Assembly: GCA_958009085.1 (NCBI GenBank)
Contig: OY253673.1
Span: 1,178,001-1,242,000 of the forward strand
Length of the DNA: 64,000 nucleotides
From: Protoeuglena noctilucae
Taxonomy: Eukaryota
Reading direction: 5' to 3'
Shown here: positions 50,401 to 62,173 of the stretch, piece after piece
Layout: each line of letters opens with the position of its first letter
Numbering within the stretch: position 1 is the first letter of the stretch
Made by a program: the position numbers and the translations under genes
The notes under the pieces: model-generated
Told to the model about the DNA's origin: nothing
The model's database searches: none
The model's input: only the letters and a program-made list of their open reading frames with translations

Positions 50401-53039
50401 CGTGAGCTGCACGTCGTTTCGGAATCCTCCCAGGTCCTTCCCGGACAGCAGACGGGCGACGTCGCGGAGGCGGCCACGGGCGCGGGACCCCGGCTGAGCC
50501 TCCGCGTCCGAAGCGACCTCCTCGCTCTCCATCCCCGACACCCCGGCCTCGCTCGCCGACGTCCCCGCCGCGTCCCGGCGCTCCCAATCGCGGCCCTGCG
50601 AGGCGAGGTCAGTGCACCTCGTCACGACCGCCCACGCAGCCCAGCACCTGTCCGCCTGGCAGCCAAACACCCGCCACCTGCCCTGCTCTTTCAGTAACAA
50701 GACATGATATGGACACCCCAGAAACCCACCTTGTGGCTGCCGTGGCGCAGGAGGTCCTCAAACGTCGTCACCCCGTCCGACCGCCTTCGCTCCCGCTCCC
50801 GCTCAGCCTCACGAGACCGGACTTCCCCCCGCAGCTCATCGAGCAATCGCCGGCTCTCTCGCCGCGCCAGGCCCATCATCGCGCTCCCCAGGTCCGCGCC
50901 CCCGCTGCTGCGCTTGCTGGACATGCCCTCGTCACCCGCTACCAACTCCTCCTCTTCCTCACCCTCTCCCTCGCCCCCCGGACCCTGGACTAGACCCGCG
51001 GCCGTCAGCTCCTTTTCAGGAAAAGGGCCTGGCCCCGCATCCGGCCCTTCCCTCGCAGACCCAGTCATCGTCACCCCATCTGCCGCCGCCCCCTCCGCCG
51101 CGGCCCCCTCCGCTGGGCCTTCCTTGGCCCCACCCGCGCCGTCTCCCTTGGACCCCTCGTCATCGGCACCGGCCTTGCCTTTCTCACCTCGCTTCTCGCC
51201 ACCCTCCTCCATCTTCCGCTGGGCCTGGGCGCCAGAGCGAAAGAAAGGAGCTCAGACAGCAGCTGTGACAGTTTCCAGCAAAGAGATGGAAATGGCAAAG
51301 GAAGGCACACGGCGCAGAAGACGGGGAGACGGCCCTAGTAGCGCGGGGTGCCCCGTGGCCCCGCGTGACCCTCTCCACCCTCTCGCCTCATCACCCCACT
51401 CCATGCCCACGATTCGCTTCTGCGTGGGACTGACGTCCATCTGCAGCACGACCTTGTCCTCCGCCAGCGAGTAAACCACCATGTGGCCCTTGATGTCGCA
51501 GAGGTACACGCGGTCGTTCTCCTGCTCCAGAGCCACCGCAGAGTACCGGCACCGATTGGGGTTCTCAATCGATGCCATCAGCTTGGGCGGGTGATCCGTG
51601 TCGCTGACGTTGAAGACTCGGCACGTGTTGTCGTTGCCCAACGCGAAGAGCACGCCGTCATCGGGGTAAACCTGCAGCGAGCCGACAGCGAGGTCGCGTA
51701 AGTAGGCGCTGGGCAGGATCGAACCCTAACCCACGACGCATGGGGCTCCGGAAGGCAGCAGAGTACAGACGACTCGGCGCACACACATGATGAATGCATG
51801 CGTCACCTGCAGGACGCTGATCCCGCGCTCCCCTAGGTGCTCAGGGTTGATGGCCTGCCCCGGCCCGATACCCTCGCGTGGCGCGAAGGCGGCGCAGTCG
51901 TTGAAGAACAACTCGAAGCTGCCGTCGCGAGCGTGGATCTTCATCGCCTCAAAACTCGCAACCGAACCCCTGCAGTTGTGATGGACGGCATGGCATGGCA
52001 GTCCGGGGCTCAACCAGCCAGGTGCCATGCGTCACCCACTCAGCCCGGCTGTCAAACGCCCCGGGGGCACCCCGCCGCCACACCTGTCGTCCGCGGCGTA
52101 GAGCATCTGCCGGTGCCCCTGACTGGCCTTCCACGTCGCGCCAACGGTCAGGCACGTGACCCACCCCGGCATCTCTGCCAACTCCTGGTGCAGCTCCAGC
52201 CAGGGATACACGGTGATCTCGCGGCCCGCGACGAGACGCCAGATTCGGATCTTGCAGTCCGTCCCGCCCGTCAGCAGGTTCTGCGACACGCCCGCCATGC
52301 ACAGCACCGTCCCGGCGTGGGCGGGGATGGTTTGGACCTGCGGATCGGCGGATTGGTCGACCATGACGACCCGACAGAGACGTCCGCGCAATAGAGGACC
52401 GCGCGGGCCACGCGGCTCCCTGCCCGTCACCTCGCAATTCAGCTGGCTGTCGCTGGCGGCCGTAGCCTTGACCCGTGGATCCCAGATCTTGACTTGCGCG
52501 TCGGCGGAACCGGTGGCGACGAGGCCATAGAATTTCGGGTGCGCGTTCCTCCACGACATGTCGAGCATGCACGTGACGGGGCCCTTGTGGCGACCCAGCT
52601 CCTTCATGTGGCGCTGCACCGCGGGCACGTGCAGGAGCAGGACCTGCCCGTTGTCCAGGCCGACCACGCATCCGTCCAGGTCGTCGCGATAACGCCCCGC
52701 AGTGATGATGGCCTTCGTGACCTTCGCGTTGCGAACCTTGGCTGCGGGCGACGGCACTTTGACCGGTCGGTGCGCTCCTTTGGCGTCCAGGCGCACTCCA
52801 TTGCGCATCTGCAGTATCCACCGGAGACGTGCGAGGTGTCTGGGACAGCCCGCGCAGGCGCGGAGCTCGCCTGCGGCACCCTTCTTGTCGATCCCATGCA
52901 GATCGTTGACGTCCCGGGGGACGCGCATGTCGAAAGCCATGACGACCTCGAGCGCATCCTTGAGATTCTCCTCGCCATGGTCCGGCTCATGCGCCTCGCT
53001 AGGCGCATCCTGCGACACCGGACGTCGCATGAAAGACAT
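47494..53039 (-). CDS. Large WD40-repeat protein
   Basis: Many GH..WD-type repeats (ATGSADAQVKIWD, TASHDMTVRLWD, TGHHDGVIKLWN, SAGADGQLCVWD) in two clusters separated by a low-complexity insert. The inferred last exon ends DWSKL-TGA at 47494. Confidence 0.85.
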
Positions 53040-53619
53040 GTGAGTCGACTCCTGCTTGCTACAGCCCGTGCGCGGTGCTAAACCCCCACGAGCTCCGCGA
53101 CGCCAATTCATGTCCAAAAGCCAATCGAAAGGCAGCTGACCGCAGCCAACGGGTCACTCAGCGATCCGAGGGAGGCCGCAGAATGCATTTGAAGCCTCGC
53201 TTTGCGCGCCGCGCGCACCTTCGTATGCACCCATGGCTTCCCGGACTTAATCCGCTTCATCCCTCTCAGACACGTCACTCCTCCCTGCCAGGGGACCGCC
53301 CATCCCCACCACGCATCAGCTTGTCAATCACCGGATGGGCAGGGGGCCCGAGAGGCACGTCGGACCCTATGCCCCTTGAGTCCTCGTGCACATCATGTGA
53401 CTGCTGCCGTCGTCCGGTCTTTGTGCAGGAATTTCTATTCCCACGGCGCGTGCAAGAACATGTGGATTTTGAGTTTTGAGGTAGCCGCTCTGTCCCTGCG
53501 GTTGCGAGTGTCTGCTGTTGGGACGTCTGGATTCGCCCATCGCCGGCCATCGCGCTTGGGCTGGTTGGCCAGGCTAAGCGGAGCCCCCGCACCCTGCCAG
53601 GGCTCCGGTACTGGGGGAC

Positions 53620-56600
53620 ATGGCGCTCGTCAAGTTCTCAGACCGCATTGCAGCTGTCGGGCCGGACACGCGACACGTCTCCCGGTCGGAGGCGGACGCA
53701 CTGGTGGCGGTGAGGACGCTCGCGGGCCGACGCCGTGGCCTCCGTGCGTCTCCAGCGGCGTTTCATCCAAGCAACGGATTGCATTTTGAGCTCCTTGTCA
53801 TCAAGATGATGCGTGCCCCGCTTTGGCGAGGGACAATCGCAATCGGGGCGTGGGAACCGGGCGCACAGATGGATGCGTGGGCTGGGCGCTCTCCGCGCTT
53901 CCCGCCGGCCCTCCCCTCGGTCACATGTCCGCCTTTTCATGTACAGTTCCCTGCTATTGTATGTCAGCGACGGCGCCCGTGATCTGCCCGCGCGGGCGGC
54001 CGCGCTGCTGGCTGTCGTGTAAAACGCCTCATCGCGCCCGCCGGGCCTCGTCCGCAGGAGCTCGAGCGCGTCTCTGGATTGCTCGAACAGCAAGACATCC
54101 GCGTGGAACAGTTGCAGGCGGAGATCGCCTGGGTGCGTACCTGGGCTGCGCAGGCGCGCATCAGCCCCAGCAGGCGCCCCGGGGCGCACGCCGATGGATC
54201 GCTGGCGTGGCCCTTTGTGCAGTATGAGCAATGGCGCGCCAAGGTCGACCGCACGGTCCGGGAAGCGGCGGAGGCCGAGCGGGCGGCGCGCAGGGAATTT
54301 GAGGAGAGGGCCAACGCAGCAGAGCATGCAGCCCGGGCGCTGGAGGGGCTGGTAAAACGCGAAAGCGTGGTGTATGTTCATTAAGCACTCGCGTTGTCGG
54401 TGGATGTCGCGGCTCTCGCTTTGCGGCGCAACGTGGCCAGCACAGCAGCATAACGGGGGCGTTTTGTCAATGTTTCGCAACGATTCCCGACGCTGCAGGT
54501 GGCCGATCTGGAGGCGGAATGTGCGGAGCTGAGAGCGCGTTTGTCGGGTCCCGGACGGAAGGCCTCGCCAGCGGTGGACGTGGCTGCAGGGGGCGAGGGC
54601 GACGACGTCGAGTCTTTGAGGAACAAGGCGCGTGGGCCCCTGGCTGCAGGGCGCAGCGCGGTGGCAATGGCCGCCTTTTGTCGTATCCCGCTTTCGCTGA
54701 TCCCGGTCTCGCTGGGAGCGCACACGCATCGAGCACCCACAACGCACGCGCGCACGCACGCAGGCTTCCGAGCTGCAGTGGCTGGTGACGGACTTGGAGC
54801 TGCAGGCGGACGCGGCGGAGGACGCGCAAGAGGCGCTGCGGGAGCAGGTGGAGGCTCTGGAGGGGCAGGCGCGGGCGGCGGAGAGCGGGCGCGAGGCGGC
54901 TGAACAGCAGCGGAGGTGAGGTGGCACCATGGCTGCCGAGTTGCGCGGGCTTTCGACATGAGCTGAGCAGGGCTGTTGCGAGGAACGAACATCTGCGTGC
55001 CTGCAGGGCGGTGGAGGAGCGCCTGAGGGAGGTCGAGGCGCGCTTGCGAGAGGCGGAGGCACGGGCGGAGGACCTCGAGGCGACCGTGGAGGCCCTGGTG
55101 AGGGCCAGCGTGGGGGTCTGCGATGGGTAGAGGCACTTGGAGGAACGGCGGTAGGGGGATGGTGGTGACTGGGGAGCAGCAGCAGATGGAGTATTGCAGG
55201 TGGGACAGGCGCCTGGCTGTGGCGGGGTGTCCTGGGTGTCCCGGCATCCATGCAGTGCCCACGCACAGCCATGGCGCCGCAGTCACGCGACAACGCCCAT
55301 CTGCCACCCTCTGCGCAGCGCCTGGCGAACCGGAGCGCCTTGGACGTGGCGTCTGGCCTGGCGGGGGGCTACGAGGAGGAAGACGAGCTGCGCGAGCGGA
55401 GGCGCGAGGTGGAGGCCGCGGAGTCGGCGCTACGCGAGCGCGTGGCCGCGGTGGAGCGGCGGGAGCGGGGGGCGGGGGCGGCGGAGAGGGCGGTGGGGGA
55501 GCGGGAGCGGGAGGTAACGAGGCGTGAGGAGCAAATGCGTGCCCAAGAGGCGGGGTTGGGGGAGAGGGAGGGGTTGTTGCGGGAGAGGGAGGATGAGATG
55601 GAGCAGAGGGAGGGGGAAACTGCGCGGAGAGGCGAGGTGGAGGAGCGGGTGCGTGAGGTTGAGAGGTCCGAGAGGGAGGTGGCGAGGAGGGCGGAGGAGG
55701 TGGCGAGGAGGGTGAGGGAGGTGGCGGAACGAGAGAGGGCGGTGGAGGCGCGCGAGCGGGAGGTGGAGGCGAGGGCGAGGGCGGGAGAGGCAGAGGGCGA
55801 GGGGGGCGCTGAGCCGGGGCACGCGGGCGTGGAGGCAACGCCAGAGAAGCAGCGTGGCAGGAGAGGGAGAGGGGGTCCGCGAGGGGCGGCGGCGGAGGGG
55901 ACGCGCGCAGGCAACGACGCTGTGATGACGAGCGCGATCGAGGGGCCCTTGCCATCGGCGTCGGGGACCACAGGGCCGGCATTTGTCGACGCCGTGGAGG
56001 CAAGCGATGCGGCCGGGGCGGCGGCGAGGGAGCAGGGCGCCGGGGCGGGGCAGGAGCAAGACGCGGAAGGGGCGACGGGTGACGAGGAGGTGGGGACGGG
56101 CGTTGAGAAGGGGCGCAGGGGGCGGCGGGGGTCGTCAAGCAGGGGCCGCAGTGTCTCGCCGCGCGCGCCGTCGCGGTCCAGGTCCCCGAGAAGTGCCAAG
56201 AGCCAAGGTGCCAGAAGCCCAGGCGCCCGGGGTACGCGAGCCCAAGCGGCGGGGTCGAAGGCGGCAGGGCGAGTGCGTGGGAGGGGCGGTGGGAGGCGTG
56301 GGCGGTCGCGGTCGCGGTCTCGAGCGCGCCAGGAAGCGGAAAGTTCGGAAGCGGGCGATGAGATGGCGGGGCGGGGCGACGACGAAGGGGTGGATGCAGC
56401 GGGGGGTGGGGCTGGGAGCGTCGTGGGCGTGGAGGGTGTGGCGGCGGAGGGTGTAGTGCCGCGGGCAGCTGAAGGGGCTGAGATGGAGGTGGAGGCGGTT
56501 GCGGAGGATGCGGAGGAGATTGGGCGGGCGGGGGCGTGCATGTCGCCGCGGGAAGTGGGACCTGGGGCGGAGGCGGAGGCAGCGGTGAGAGCGCGGGGGC

Positions 56601-58236
56601 GGTGGGATGTGATGAGTCCTGCTGTTGTACGAGGCCTTGCGGCTGTCGCTGGCTGTCTCTGGAGTGAAGAGTTGAGTTAGTGTAACGCACAGCTGGGATG
56701 AATGGGAGAAGATGCGCGTGGAGTGCGACTGGGTGGCTGTGGTGCGTTGTCGCAGGAGATCGGGCGCTTGGCTGCGTCGGAGGATCGAGCCGCGCAGGGG
56801 CCACCGCGAGGGAGGGGTTTCTTCGGCTGGATGTTTGGGTTTGGGTGGGGCAGGGGCAGGTGCGCAGCGGCGGGCATGCGATGGCGCGAGGCGCAGAGCT
56901 CGCCATCCCGGCGCTGCCTTTTCCACTCGTCTCTCTCTGCCACGGCGCCCAGTGCTGCGCGGCGGGTGTGCCAGGGCGGGAGCAAACGGCGAGCAGCTTC
57001 GGTGCCGTCCCTGGGTGCGCAGGGAGCAAGAGGGCGGCGAGGGCGCAGCAGAGGTGGAGGGCGATGCCGAAATGCATAGCGACGGTGACGGTGCTGCTGA
57101 CGACGGCGACGTGTTAGAATCGGACGCTGCGCCGGACCTGGCCCCGGCTGAGGCGTCGGCGGCTCTGCCCACGCCGCGGATGCGACTGCGGGACCACGCC
57201 CGGAGCCCGGGGCAGGAGGAGTGGCAGGGCACTCCGGTTCAGGCCGTGGGGCCCAACGAGGGCGACGGTGCCGGCGAGGGCGGGGCGCGGGCGGCGAGCG
57301 CGGGGCGGGGGCGGGGGCGCAGGGCCGAGGCCGACGGGGCTGCGAGCGACGTGCGATCGCCTAGCGTGAGGAGGGACGTGACCCCTGAGACCCCCGCGGT
57401 GGCGTTACGGCCCCGGGGGCGAGGCTCGGGGTCGCGGGCGGGGGTGGGGGCGGGGGCGGAGGAGAGCGCGGAGGTGGCACGGCCCCGGCGCGGCAAGCGT
57501 GGGGCGGACGGCGACCCCGGTGAGCGCGGGCGGAGTGGACGGACTTTTGTTAATTATGGGGATTTCCTGACATTTCCTGACAAGAGATGGTCGTGCGAGC
57601 GGCCTGCTGTGTGGCTGTCACCGCGCATGCATCCCTGCACTGGGCTCCATGTGCCTCGCTCGTGCGTAAGCGTGCTAACACGTCATCTCTCCACAGGGCC
57701 TGAGGGGCGCGCGCGCACGCGTCCGCGGATGGGTGCGATACCGGAGGACGCGCCCCTGGATGCGCGGGCCGCGGGGGCAGGGGCGGAGTCGGCCTCAGCG
57801 ATGACGTCGATGGTCACGGCAGAGGGCGACACGGAACTTGGAGAGGAGGGGAGGGGCGCAGGCGGGGCCCGGGCGTCCACGCCTGCACCCAAGGGGTCCT
57901 CCAGGCCGAAGCGTGCGGCCTCGACACCCCACAAAGGCAGCAAGGTGAGCGGCGCACCAGGCGACGCTTGGATCGCTGTGGGTGTTTGGGAACATCCTAT
58001 ACACACTGGGCGGTTTGGAACATCTCGCTGGGTTGTCGTGTGCGCAGGGCGGTGCGAGGGCGGCTTCCGAGACGCCTTCCAAGCCCCGGCGGGGTGGGCG
58101 GCGGGGCGCGAGCGTGGGCACGAGCTCCGCAGCGGGGGGCCGGGAGGAGGGCGAGGGGTCTCCTGCCAATGCCTCGCGCGCGCCGCCGGCCACGCCCGGT
58201 AGTGTCCGGAGGAGCGCGCGGCTGCAGCGGGGCTGA
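53620..58236 (+). CDS. Long coiled-coil protein with disordered, basic SP/TP-rich tail
   Basis: Successive E/R/A-rich heptad exons joined by canonical splice sites, an E/R repeat tract at about 55370-55790, and SPR/TP motifs with basic clusters up to TGA 58236. Confidence 0.6.
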
Positions 58237-59414
58237 CGGGCCGACTGTTGTCGCGGCACGGTCTGGGCCGCTGGGGCCAGCTGGGCCTGTGAGAGTTGTT
58301 TGCTTGGACCAGCCTCTTTTGCAGCTTCAGCGTTGGCGGGCCACTCGGAGCGCTTTCGTTGCTAGGTTATGCGCGTTGCCATGGCTGTTCAACTGCAGCG
58401 GCAGGAGTCGCCAAGGCGAAACGGGAAGGGGGACAACGGGGAACGGGGACCCACGCGCCAGGACCGGGAACGGGGTCGTGCGCAGCGATGGGGTCGCGTC
58501 GAGCACAAAAGCGGAACGCGGAGAGGTAACTGGGAAGCCGGCGCAGAGAGGCACGGCGTGGGAAGGGCGGCTGAGGCCGACCGCGGGCCCCGCGGTTGGC
58601 AATCAGCACACCCGAACAGGGGATCGATGGCCCAAAGAGACCGATGAGGTGGCGCAGGGCCCAAAAGGCAGCGGGCGCCTGCGTGGGAAGGGGCGCACGG
58701 AATGACGGGGCGGGAAGGGGTCGCGGAGGAGGGGTCTGAGAGCGGGGCAGGAGCCAGTACTCCAGACAACGGGCGCACGAAAGAGCGCAGGGCGGGAAGA
58801 GTGCGCGTAACGAGGGGGCGGTCGAGTCTCCGAGGAAGGGCGGAGAGCGCATGGGGATGCGCTGCGTCGTGTGCTACGTCGGGCGGGGAAGGGCCCGGAC
58901 TGGGAGACGAGAGGCAACGGGCAAGTCACGCGGTGCAGGGACGTAGCCAAGTGCCGAGCATGCGACGGGGAGGCGGCCGGCTACGGAAACGCGATGCTAC
59001 GCCGGCAGCTAAGCATGCGGCGGGCAACACCTCCTTGACAAGAGGCGTCGACCCGCGCGTGAGTGGCAGCGACCGGGCCGCTGGGAGCGGGCGTGCGAGG
59101 GAGGTCCAAGAAAGGAAAGGCCGTCCCAAGCCGCACCGCGGCGCCGGCTTGGCATCCCGGAGCAAGCAGTACGGGGCAGAGCGGGGCGCGGCCGGCCGTG
59201 AAAGAGAAGCAACGGCGCGCCCGCGGAACATGTGGCTCGCCCGGCGAGTGGGGCGACGGCGATGCAGCAGTGTCTGACTCATGGCAGGCGTGCTGAGTGG
59301 GGCAACCCGGCGACTCCGTTCCTCGCAAACCGACGGCTCGGAGCGGGGCGGGAGGCTCGCGTGGCAGGGCGCCCCATGCTTGGGGTCCCACTTCCCATGC
59401 GAGGCCGAGGGCCA

Positions 59415-59419
59415 TTACA
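59415..59419 (-). terminator. Candidate TGTAA poly(A) signal of the CARNMT1 gene
   Basis: TTACA on the plus strand equals TGTAA, the chlorophyte near-upstream element, about 207 nt after the stop. Confidence 0.35.
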
Positions 59420-59625
59420 TGGGAGACACGGGTGCGAGCGGAGCAGGGCAGAGTACTATCGGCGCTCCCAGGGGCGCTGCGGGTCTTGGCGGGTCTGACG
59501 CACGCCGCGCCACGTGGGCTGCTGCTGAGGGTCGAGAGCCGCGGCCGGGGCGGTGAGCCTCGTGGGCATTGGGCGTGGCGAGAGGCCTGTGGGCCCCGCG
59601 GGCGTGGCGGCAGTGGCCCGCTGGG

Positions 59626-62053
59626 TCATGCGCGGGATGTGATGGCCTCCGCCGCATCCTCCTGGTCCTTCTCTGCAGGGAGCACGGGCCTCGGAACGGC
59701 CCCGTACAGCGTCCTCGCCTTCCTGCATGCGCCGAAGACAAGGCACGGCCGTCGAACCCAATGGCCAGCGAAACGCATCCACCCTCCTCGCTGCTGCACG
59801 AACCGCCCCCGTGCCCCGGGCGCCACGCCTGGCCCCCGGCAAGCACCCGTTGGCAAGCATCCGTTGGCAAGCACCCGCTGGCAAGCACCCGTTGGCAAGC
59901 ACGCGCCCCGCGCCGGTCACCTGAAGGTTGTGAAGGCGCAGTTGTACGCGGTGCGGAACATGGTGGCCGGGTGGTTCGTGTAGCCTGCGACGTGCATGGC
60001 GTGCCGGTCAATGTCGAACCCCACCGCCCCCGCCACGTGGAGCACCTCCTCAAGAGATATCTCCAGCGACATCTCGCGGTGATCGCCGTACCAGTGGTAC
60101 ATCAGAGGCCCCAGGTTGACCAAATAGCCCCCGGGTTTCAGGCACCGGTGAATGACCTCGAGATACTCCACAATGTCGTGGGCCGTGTCTGCGCGCGGGC
60201 CGGGGCCGTTCCCTGGCACATGTGCGGGAAGCCAAGAGGACGTGCGGGGCCTGCCGGGCGTGTGCTGGCGGATGCATGGTGCATGGGCACGGCGGCGCAC
60301 GGCGGCAGCGGGCGCAGAGGCGCGGGGGCAGTCACACAGTTGAGGTGCAATCGCGCAGTTGAGGTGCAGTTGGCGCTTGGCAGGTGGGGACTCACCGAGG
60401 AAGAAGCAGCTGGCGACGCAGTCGAAGTCTTCGTAAGAGTTGGCGTAGACCTCGACGAAGCCGCCCGCGCACATGGACAGGAGGCCGGGGACGGGCAGGG
60501 CGGCGGCGGGCTCCAGGTCGGGGACGGTGCACTTGAGGAATGGGTCCGAAGCACGCGGGTTGTTGCTGCGGTCAATAGACGGGCGCAGCGAGACTTTGCA
60601 TGGCGAACGACCGGCCAAGGCGCATCAACCGCGCACTGCCGGGTCTGTCACAGACCGAGGCCGGGCCTCATGCGCGCCCTCATGTGCAGGCGTCTCCGCT
60701 CACCACGTCTGCAGCACCCAGGGGTAGGCCTCAAAGTACCCGCGCGGGACGTCGTTGTTCATGAAGAAGGAGGATGTCAGCAGGAGGTAGTAGTTGAACT
60801 CGTTGCCCTGGGCGTCGAAGCCTTGGCAGGCGAGTTCGATGGGCAGGCGGCCTGCGTGGAGCGAGGGACATGCGCTCGGTGGGCTGGCCGAGGAAGAAAA
60901 CTGCGCTTCAGTATTGGCATCTGCAGGCGCAAGCACTCACCCAGACCGCATCCCGGGCACAGGATGGTCGCCGGCTGGTCGGTGGCGGGGGCGCGGCGGT
61001 CGGGTCCGAACAGGCGGCACACTTCGGCCACGATGGGGCCGTACGACTCCGCGCGCTCCGCAGCTCCCTCCACGGACCAATCACGGTAAATGTTCTTAAG
61101 CAGGTAGTGCACCTGCGGGGGCAGGAAGCGCGGCCTCGCCTCGGCGGGAGGCATCCGCGCGTGTGCATGACTCTCTCGCCCCGCGCGCTACGTCCGCGGG
61201 GGACCAAAACGCAACCTCGCTGCGCGAAGTCAAAATAACTTGTTTTGTGCATTCGTTGAGCGTGGTCACGAACCTTTCCGGCGTCCTCGTGCGTGATGGT
61301 CCCCCCCGAAATCGTGGCCCAGTCGCGAGCGGCCCGGCGGGCGTCGGCGAGGTGCGAAGGGATGGGCCGGTCGTCCACAGGATCGAACGAGTCCAAAATG
61401 GCGTCAAGGAGCTCGGCGTTCTGCCCCACGCACCGCTGCATGTCCTGCAGAGCCAACGGGAGGCTCGCGTTGAATGCCGCGGAGCGCCGCGTGGCCAGGA
61501 TCAGGCTAGGGGGCCTTGCATCGTAGCTCGGACAGCCGAAGCTGCACTCAGATGCGCTCGCACGCTCCTCACCGCGACGCGCGTGGCCAGCCCGGGAAGC
61601 AGGGTCCGGCGGTGCTCGGGTAGCCGGGAGATGTTCCAGCGCTGGCGAGCATTCTCTGCCCCCGCGATGGAGCGGTAGGACGCCATGCAGTGTGAGATCT
61701 TGCCCATGGCCATCCGCTCCTCGAGTTCCTCGCGCTCCGCATCGGAAACGGGGGCGCCTCGAGTGCCCTCGGCATGCTGAACGCCGCCGGAGCGCGGGTC
61801 CACTAAACCCGGCAGCCGCGACGGGTCATCACTGTAGATGGAATAAAGAGCCTGGTTGGACACTGGTCGCAGCAAAGGACGCTGGCGCCGCGGAGAAATA
61901 CCTCACACCGTGGCTAACGAGAGGCAGAGCAGAGCGTTGGGAACACTTCAGCCACAAAATCCGCCAATTCTAGCTCAATTACATGCAAGTTAAGAGCAGG
62001 AGGAGCTCTCACCTGCCGTCTCGTGCGCCCCCGGCCGCGCCATGGCCGGACAT
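59626..62053 (-). CDS. CARNMT1: Carnosine N-methyltransferase-like (N2227 family)
   Basis: KNIYRDWSVEGAAER..SY, LCPGCGLGRLPIE, QGNEFNYY, SMCAGGFVEVY, CFFLDTAH and LVNLGPLMYHW. First exon ATG 62053 is inferred; the last exon ends ITSRA-TGA. Confidence 0.9.
59838..59902. repeat. 14-bp minisatellite (GGCAAGCACCCGTT x about 4.6) in the last CARNMT1 intron
   Basis: Directly visible tandem copies starting at 59838, 59852, 59866, 59880 and 59894 (partial). Confidence 0.9.
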
Positions 62054-62173
62054 CGATATGCGTGAAGACGGAGGCACGGGGGGAGCGCGCTGGGCCCCCT
62101 CCGCGCATCTCACGCGAGAACACTGCGGCATGTCGCCCCGGACCGCGCATTTGCGACACGGGCCGACACGCAA

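Noticed and set aside
44057..53039. Single fused WD40-ARM gene
   Set aside because: The WD40 last exon has a phase-consistent stop at 47494 and the ARM gene has its own ATG at 47225.
54381..57077. 898-aa Pro-rich minus-strand ORF, and similar long ORFs (e.g. 7032-8414, 44061-45593, 59569-61089)
   Set aside because: These are antisense or off-frame shadows of real GC-rich genes and have no recognisable domains.
59838..59902. Possible CRISPR-like array
   Set aside because: The 14-bp units are head-to-tail with no spacers, sit inside a eukaryotic intron and have no cas genes nearby.
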